The position numbers and the translations under genes were made by a program. A stretch of DNA of 64,000 bases from the IMG/VR virus record IMGVR_UViG_3300019755_000002, positions 1 through 64,000 of that record; one strand, given 5' to 3'. Source of the stretch: a virus. This document shows positions 59,226-64,000 of this stretch, one piece after another; positions within the stretch are counted from its first letter, which is position 1, and each line of letters begins with the position of its first letter. The notes under the pieces are model-generated. The model ran no database searches. It saw only the letters and a program-made list of their open reading frames with translations, and was not told the DNA's origin.

Positions 59226-59703
59226 AACCTCCTAGTTTCTTTTTAGCCTCGTAAGGTAACTGGGATAAAATTACGGGGTTAACACTAGATAAGGTTCGTT
59301 CCATTTCCGTATGCCTTAAGACTTTTTTAACGCGCATTCTCCACTTTGGAGAATACTCTTCAATAAAACTACGTTGACCTTCCAAATGATGAAGGATTTT
59401 TCCTTGACCAACGTAGGTTGCAACGTGATTTGGGTGTTGCGGTCTACCCAAGCTAAGCAATAAAACATCACCTAGTCTAACATTTCTAGGATTATCACCA
59501 ACATCAACAAAACCCTGATTTTGAAATTCAGAAACAAAAAAGTTTAAATCTGGGTGAAGATACCAAAGATGTGGGCGAGCAAGGTCTATTAGCGTAACAT
59601 CCAAATACGACTGAAATAATTGCTGTACTAGGGTGTAACAATCTTGCCACCCCTCAACATACTCTTTACCTTGTAATGACAAAGCGGCATCAAAAAGAAT
59701 CAT
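59212..59703 (-). CDS. NlpC/P60 tail protein (gpK C-terminal-like)
   Basis: DCY, NHVATYVG...ILHH. Confidence 0.88.
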   Translation of the reverse strand: MILFDAALSLQGKEYVEGWQDCYTLVQQLFQSYLDVTLIDLARPHLWYLHPDLNFFVSEFQNQGFVDVGDNPRNVRLGDVLLLSLGRPQHPNHVATYVGQGKILHHLEGQRSFIEEYSPKWRMRVKKVLRHTEMERTLSSVNPVILSQLPYEAKKKLGGFGNA

Positions 59704-60185
59704 AAGCGCACCTGATTAAATTCAGGCTGTGTGAAACGTCTAGGCGGCAACATAAAATTATTACCATCCGACAGGTAGTTTAATTGGCAACTAATCATTT
59801 GACGATTAACTTCAACAATACGACTAACGTAAAATTGATTCGTTAAGCTTTCATTACTGTCAAGATTCTCTGGATGGACTAAATACTGGGTTACTCTCGC
59901 ATTATCCAAGTAACCTTTTTGGATGTAATAACTGTAAACACCTTCTGGGTTCGGCAATATTAATCGTGGACGTGTTTTTTCACCCCCGCTTTTATCACCT
60001 AAACCACTTAGATTAAAAGCGACTTTACTCCAAGTAAGACCATTCCATTCTAGGGTTTGTGACAAGCAAAAGTGCTGAACAACGGGGCCGTCGTCAGTTT
60101 CAATGTATATTTTTAGAAGTTCATAGGGCGCAGAGCTATTCAAGGAATGCTTCTCTTGCTCCATTCCCGAAGGCAAAACTTTCAT
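59700..60185 (-). CDS. Minor tail protein (gpL-like)
   Basis: Position between M and K; RPRLILPN, LP.R; RBS carries GGATTGACGAT. Confidence 0.75.
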   Translation of the reverse strand: MKVLPSGMEQEKHSLNSSAPYELLKIYIETDDGPVVQHFCLSQTLEWNGLTWSKVAFNLSGLGDKSGGEKTRPRLILPNPEGVYSYYIQKGYLDNARVTQYLVHPENLDSNESLTNQFYVSRIVEVNRQMISCQLNYLSDGNNFMLPPRRFTQPEFNQVRL

Positions 60186-60228
60186 ATCGTCAATCCAGAT
60201 TGTCGTTGTTCTTAAATTTGACTATAGC

Positions 60229-60267
60229 AAAAAAAATAAAACCTCGGAACATAAAAATGCTCCGAGG
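60229..60267 (-). terminator. Intrinsic terminator of the predicted sRNA
   Basis: CCUCGGAGCAU-UUUU-AUGUUCCGAGG, 11-bp stem with a G-U pair possible only on the minus strand, then UUUUAUUUUUUUU. Confidence 0.85.
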
Positions 60268-60305
60268 CCAACTATTGGATTGACGATATGTGCCTTACGA
60301 CGCAT
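60232..60305 (-). ncRNA. Predicted phage sRNA (about 75 nt) with seed CAUAUCGUCAAUCCAAUAGUU
   Basis: Own predicted promoter and terminator; seed is the reverse complement of the RBS motif found 23 times; ends approximate. Confidence 0.75.
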
Positions 60306-60310
60306 ACCAC

Positions 60311-60340
60311 AAGATAACATTACCCGTAAACAAGCGACAA
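60311..60340 (-). promoter_or_regulatory. Sigma70-like promoter of the predicted sRNA
   Basis: TTGTCG-18 bp-TATCTT with extended -10 TG. Confidence 0.6.
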
Positions 60341-60361
60341 GTCCAGACATTTTAAGATAAT

Positions 60362-60748
60362 TTATCTCGGCTGTTCTTTAAATTCCAAAGTAAACCCTTG
60401 ACTAACACCATTACCCTCCTTCAATAACTTTGGTGCTTCAAATGGTGCTGAAAACATCACCACAAGCACACCATGTAAGTAGTGTTCGTACTCAAAAGCT
60501 TTGTGTGTTTCATGTTCTTGGTAAAACCTCTCCAACGCCAAAAGATTTATCTCTGGATTTATTATCTCACTCACCAAGCCATCCTCATCAAGGAAGTATT
60601 TCATGGCGTTAAAACTCAACTTAAAAGTTCTCGCTGGGGGCGAATTGGGCTTAATCGTATGAGTCCAACCACCACCAAGGTCAACTTGGCTGTTTCTCTT
60701 TGGGTATGAATGTTGAACTTCATGGTACGGGAAATTAAACACCTCCAC
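60362..60748 (-). CDS. Minor tail protein (gpM-like)
   Basis: Directly after the tape measure gene; FYQEH...KAF. Confidence 0.8.
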   Translation of the reverse strand: MEVFNFPYHEVQHSYPKRNSQVDLGGGWTHTIKPNSPPARTFKLSFNAMKYFLDEDGLVSEIINPEINLLALERFYQEHETHKAFEYEHYLHGVLVVMFSAPFEAPKLLKEGNGVSQGFTLEFKEQPR

Positions 60749-63700
60749 TATAATTCTCCTTTAGCTATACGTTTAATTAATCGTTTTGTTTTACCATTTT
60801 TAAGCGCGTCTTCTTGTATAATGGTGACTACATCATTTGGCCCTAAGTTTTGCACTTTTTCTTGCTCAGTCACAACCCAGATATTTACATCCCCAGAAGA
60901 CCCCTTATCCGTGGGTATTGCTTGAGGTTCTAACGTTGCTGAGTTGTTGCCCAAACTACTAACCGTCGATGCATCAAGATTGTTTAAGGCCCGTACTCGG
61001 TCAATACCTAAAGCCTTAACCGCTGCTTGCCTGAGGACAAATTCCCCTTTAGCGGCTTTAATCAATGTTGAATCTCGACTCTCAATCCCTGAAGTAATTG
61101 CACCACCCGTAGAATAACCACCACCATAAATCAAACCACCATTCCACGCTGTTTGAACGTTAGAACCTAAGCCAATCGTTGTAACACCATCACCCATACC
61201 ACCCGTACTACCACCAAAGGCACTAGCAGCCAAGCCAAGCACTTGTTCCATCACGGAATTGGCCGTCATTTGTGCCGCTAAATTTAACATGCTGTCAATA
61301 ATACTTAAGGTAAACCCTTTAAAGGCATCCGAGGCACTTGCTGAACCATCCACCCAAGATTTAAAGGCGTTAGCCCCAGCATCCCCCATCCCCACTATTA
61401 CACTTTGAAGACCTAGTGAGGCCTCTGTTAACAAATCAAATCCCTCATAAGCTTTGTTGCTTTCCCTAAAAATAATACTGAAGAAACGAGAGACATCATC
61501 TTCCTCGGGATTAAACGAAAAATCTTCGGTTTGACCTTGATCAGAGGAAAACGTACCTCCCCTAAGTTCTGAGGTGCGACGTCGTTTTTCCGCAGTCTTA
61601 AAGGTATACCCTTCATTTTGCAACACGCGATTATTAAGCCTTAAGGCATCCGTTTGATCACCCGTTGCTTTGATATTTTCTTCCAATTGACCATTAAGCT
61701 TAGCAATGGTTTTGTTGTTGTTCTCAATCTCTGTTCTCAACTTTTGACTGTTTATCTTGGCAGTATCAGAAACTTTCCCCGCATTAAGTGGGTCATTAAT
61801 TGTTGCTTGAAGACCCGCTATTTCACCTGTATTTGCTAAGTTCTGAGCCTTAAGTACCTCTACTAGCCTAGCAATACCGTTGGCGAATTCTTTTGACGAT
61901 TGTTCATAAAGGTTAATGGCTGATAAATTTCTTGCTGCGCTGGTGTCTTCACCTACTTGGCTATCACCACCAAAACGCGCTTGACGTTCAGCACTACTCT
62001 TCGTTTGTTTAGCCCCTGTTTGGTCTTCTATTAACGTGGTCTCAGCTTTTAATCTTTGCTGCTTATTACCTAAAGCATAGTCTTTATAATAGTCATTAAT
62101 ACCCTGAGCACGTTCCCAAGCATAACGTCGTTCTTTCAACTCTGATTTTCTTCGTTCACGTTCTTCTTTACGCTGCTGAGCTTCAAAATTTTTCTGTAAC
62201 TCTTTACTGCGACGTTGAAAATCAGCTTCACTTTTAGCTTTAAATTTAAGGGCTTTTAATTCAGCATTATATTGAGCGCGACGCTCAGCTTCTAGTGTTA
62301 ACCTCTCTTGCTCTCTAATACGAGAAAAAACCCTGTCCCCTTGCTCTTGGATATAGGCGTCACGGCTAATCTTAGCCAGTTTCTCTTGGTCATCTAATTT
62401 GTCAGACGTTGCTTGGTCAGAAGAATCAAACTTATTACGCTTTGTTTTTATTGCCGCAATCTGGTCTTCTATCGCAATGAGCTTAAGCTCTAGAGCATCA
62501 ATTTCGGGCTTATTTTTAGCTTGAGTTAGCAATAGATTATTAAGCTTTTTATCTTCCGATAAGGTTCTAAGTTCACCCTCAGTTTGAGCAAAATAGGCCG
62601 ATTGTGCTGGTTTTTGTTGTTGTTGAACAAAACCCAAAATTTCAGAATAAACACCCTGACTAGATGAAACAATGTCTGTGGCGTTCAGCACTTTATTTAA
62701 TTGCACCCCTGTAGACTTACCTTCACCAAAGAACGTCTCTAAAGCGGCTTTAGCTTCGGATTTTACTTCTTCCTGAATACTATTGATTTGCTCGGTAAAA
62801 CGCTTTTGTAATTTTTCAGCCAAATCATGTCTAAGTAAGGGGTCGTCTTTTCCTTTGGTGCGTATTCTCTTTTGGTCTTGACCTAATTGAACTTGTAAAT
62901 CTCTTACTTGCCCTTGGTATTTGTTTTGTAGATCAGCAACAATTTTATTTAATGCTTGAGGCTCACCAGAAGTCACCTTGTCGTACTTTTTAGCCGACTC
63001 AGTTATCTCCGAAGCCTTATCTTTTATAGTTTCCGTATAATTAAGTAAGTTTTGAATTCCAACCTTAAAATCAACTAAGTCATCGTCTCTGTTTCCCGTC
63101 TTAGCCGTAAACTTTAACCCTTGCTTTAGTTTCTCATCAGGTAAATTACCAATGCCCGTAAGTATATTTCTGTAAGCTATTATACGACCTAAATTTTCTT
63201 TAGCCTTAGCGTAGCCATTATTATCAATATCTAATTTTGATAAATTGTCTAATGTCTCCGATAACCTTAAGTTTTTAAGTTCAGGTGAAATCTCTTCAAG
63301 ACTGAACCTCGTGCCATATTCAAACTGAGTATCGCCATAAAAGACCTCTCGTTTTGAGATGTTTTCTCTATTATATCGATACTGATCTACTTTACTTTGT
63401 TGACGGGTTTCGCGTTTAATCTCGGGTGATAAACTGTCAATCTGTGTTAATAACTGCTCTTTAAGTAGTACACCACTTTTAGTTAACCCATCAGAATTAA
63501 AATTAGCCACATTTGTTCTAAATTCTTTTAACTTGGCACTAACCTCCTCAAAAGAAGTTGCATTAGAATCGAGAAAAAATCCCATGTCCTTAAGTTCAAC
63601 ATTTAAGGTGTTAATGAACTTAGTTAACGCTTTAGATCCTGTTTCACCATCAGCGAACTGTGCCTGTTTTAAATAGAGGCTATCCATAGAACTAGACAGT

Positions 63701-64000
63701 GTTTTTAACCAATGATCGTAACGCTTTAAGTCTGCCTCGTTTTCGTTAACATTAGCCGTTGCTTTATCCAGGGGGTCTTCATAACGTCTGTTGGCTGTAG
63801 CATTTGAATACGCATAGGTTCCTAATGTTACCGCTGTCGCTAAACCAGCAACAACAGGACCACCTAAAATAGCAGGAAGCGCTCTTGCAGCAATACCTGT
63901 ACCAGCCGAGGCCGCAATACCTGCAGTACTCGCCCCGCCCGCTCCAGCAATTAATTTTCCAACGGGGTTCTTTGCCAAAAAAGCAAGCAGCTTTAAAACA
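60748..64000 (-). CDS. Tail tape measure protein (5' part outside the window)
   Basis: More than 1076 aa, helical; C-terminal GG.I...DS......GEFVL. Confidence 0.9.
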   Translation of the reverse strand, partial: VLKLLAFLAKNPVGKLIAGAGGASTAGIAASAGTGIAARALPAILGGPVVAGLATAVTLGTYAYSNATANRRYEDPLDKATANVNENEADLKRYDHWLKTLSSSMDSLYLKQAQFADGETGSKALTKFINTLNVELKDMGFFLDSNATSFEEVSAKLKEFRTNVANFNSDGLTKSGVLLKEQLLTQIDSLSPEIKRETRQQSKVDQYRYNRENISKREVFYGDTQFEYGTRFSLEEISPELKNLRLSETLDNLSKLDIDNNGYAKAKENLGRIIAYRNILTGIGNLPDEKLKQGLKFTAKTGNRDDDLVDFKVGIQNLLNYTETIKDKASEITESAKKYDKVTSGEPQALNKIVADLQNKYQGQVRDLQVQLGQDQKRIRTKGKDDPLLRHDLAEKLQKRFTEQINSIQEEVKSEAKAALETFFGEGKSTGVQLNKVLNATDIVSSSQGVYSEILGFVQQQQKPAQSAYFAQTEGELRTLSEDKKLNNLLLTQAKNKPEIDALELKLIAIEDQIAAIKTKRNKFDSSDQATSDKLDDQEKLAKISRDAYIQEQGDRVFSRIREQERLTLEAERRAQYNAELKALKFKAKSEADFQRRSKELQKNFEAQQRKEERERRKSELKERRYAWERAQGINDYYKDYALGNKQQRLKAETTLIEDQTGAKQTKSSAERQARFGGDSQVGEDTSAARNLSAINLYEQSSKEFANGIARLVEVLKAQNLANTGEIAGLQATINDPLNAGKVSDTAKINSQKLRTEIENNNKTIAKLNGQLEENIKATGDQTDALRLNNRVLQNEGYTFKTAEKRRRTSELRGGTFSSDQGQTEDFSFNPEEDDVSRFFSIIFRESNKAYEGFDLLTEASLGLQSVIVGMGDAGANAFKSWVDGSASASDAFKGFTLSIIDSMLNLAAQMTANSVMEQVLGLAASAFGGSTGGMGDGVTTIGLGSNVQTAWNGGLIYGGGYSTGGAITSGIESRDSTLIKAAKGEFVLRQAAVKALGIDRVRALNNLDASTVSSLGNNSATLEPQAIPTDKGSSGDVNIWVVTEQEKVQNLGPNDVVTIIQEDALKNGKTKRLIKRIAKGEL

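Larger units (their letters stand above)
1..64000. mobile_element. Temperate siphovirus-like phage genome segment (partial; head genes lie outside the window)
   Basis: Integrase, CI-like repressor, replication module, holin/endolysin/spanins and lambda-like tail genes H-M-L-K-I-J; no host housekeeping synteny. Confidence 0.95.

Noticed and set aside
1811-60196. TTGACG within the repeated motif as a sigma70 -35 box
   Set aside because: It abuts start codons, so transcription would begin inside the ORFs, and I saw no consistent -10 at 16-18 bp
60288-60317. + strand micro-ORF MCLTTHTTR after the motif at 60277
   Set aside because: The promoter, G-U-containing stem and U-tract all support the minus strand; the ATG is the complement of the seed's CAU
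1-64000. tRNA, tmRNA or rRNA genes; reverse transcriptase or DGR
   Set aside because: None recognised by eye; tRNAscan or ARAGORN would be needed to exclude tRNAs

Overview
The whole window is one AT-rich temperate tailed phage, probably infecting a gammaproteobacterium; no host chromosome is visible. The + strand (about 1.8-43.7 kb) carries early, accessory and replication genes: ATP-dependent ligase, family A DNA polymerase, 5'-3' exonuclease, SF2 helicase, primase/origin-binding helicase fusion, SbcCD-like nuclease, resolvase, RdgC, HU, a ProQ/FinO protein, four methyltransferases, a DndB-like protein and an AlpA/Xis-like protein. The - strand carries a CI-like repressor, a P4-type integrase beside an apparently intact attP, a lysis cassette and a lambda-like tail module whose tape measure gene is cut by the window end. 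Main finding: I counted by eye 23 copies of the motif (TT/TA)GGATTGACGAT, all in the sense direction of the downstream gene and mostly directly on ribosome-binding sites of lytic genes. A single copy lies antisense to its surroundings, at 60270-60290, between a sigma70-like promoter and an intrinsic terminator. This predicts a roughly 75-nt phage sRNA whose seed pairs with the Shine-Dalgarno/AUG region of about 20 phage mRNAs. Other notable items are three integron attC sites with cassette ORFs in reversed polarity, a second array of short junction repeats, a 12-aa peptide plus membrane-protein operon next to the repressor, and a DndB-like gene flanked by direct repeats. All protein family calls come from motif recognition; no database searches were run.
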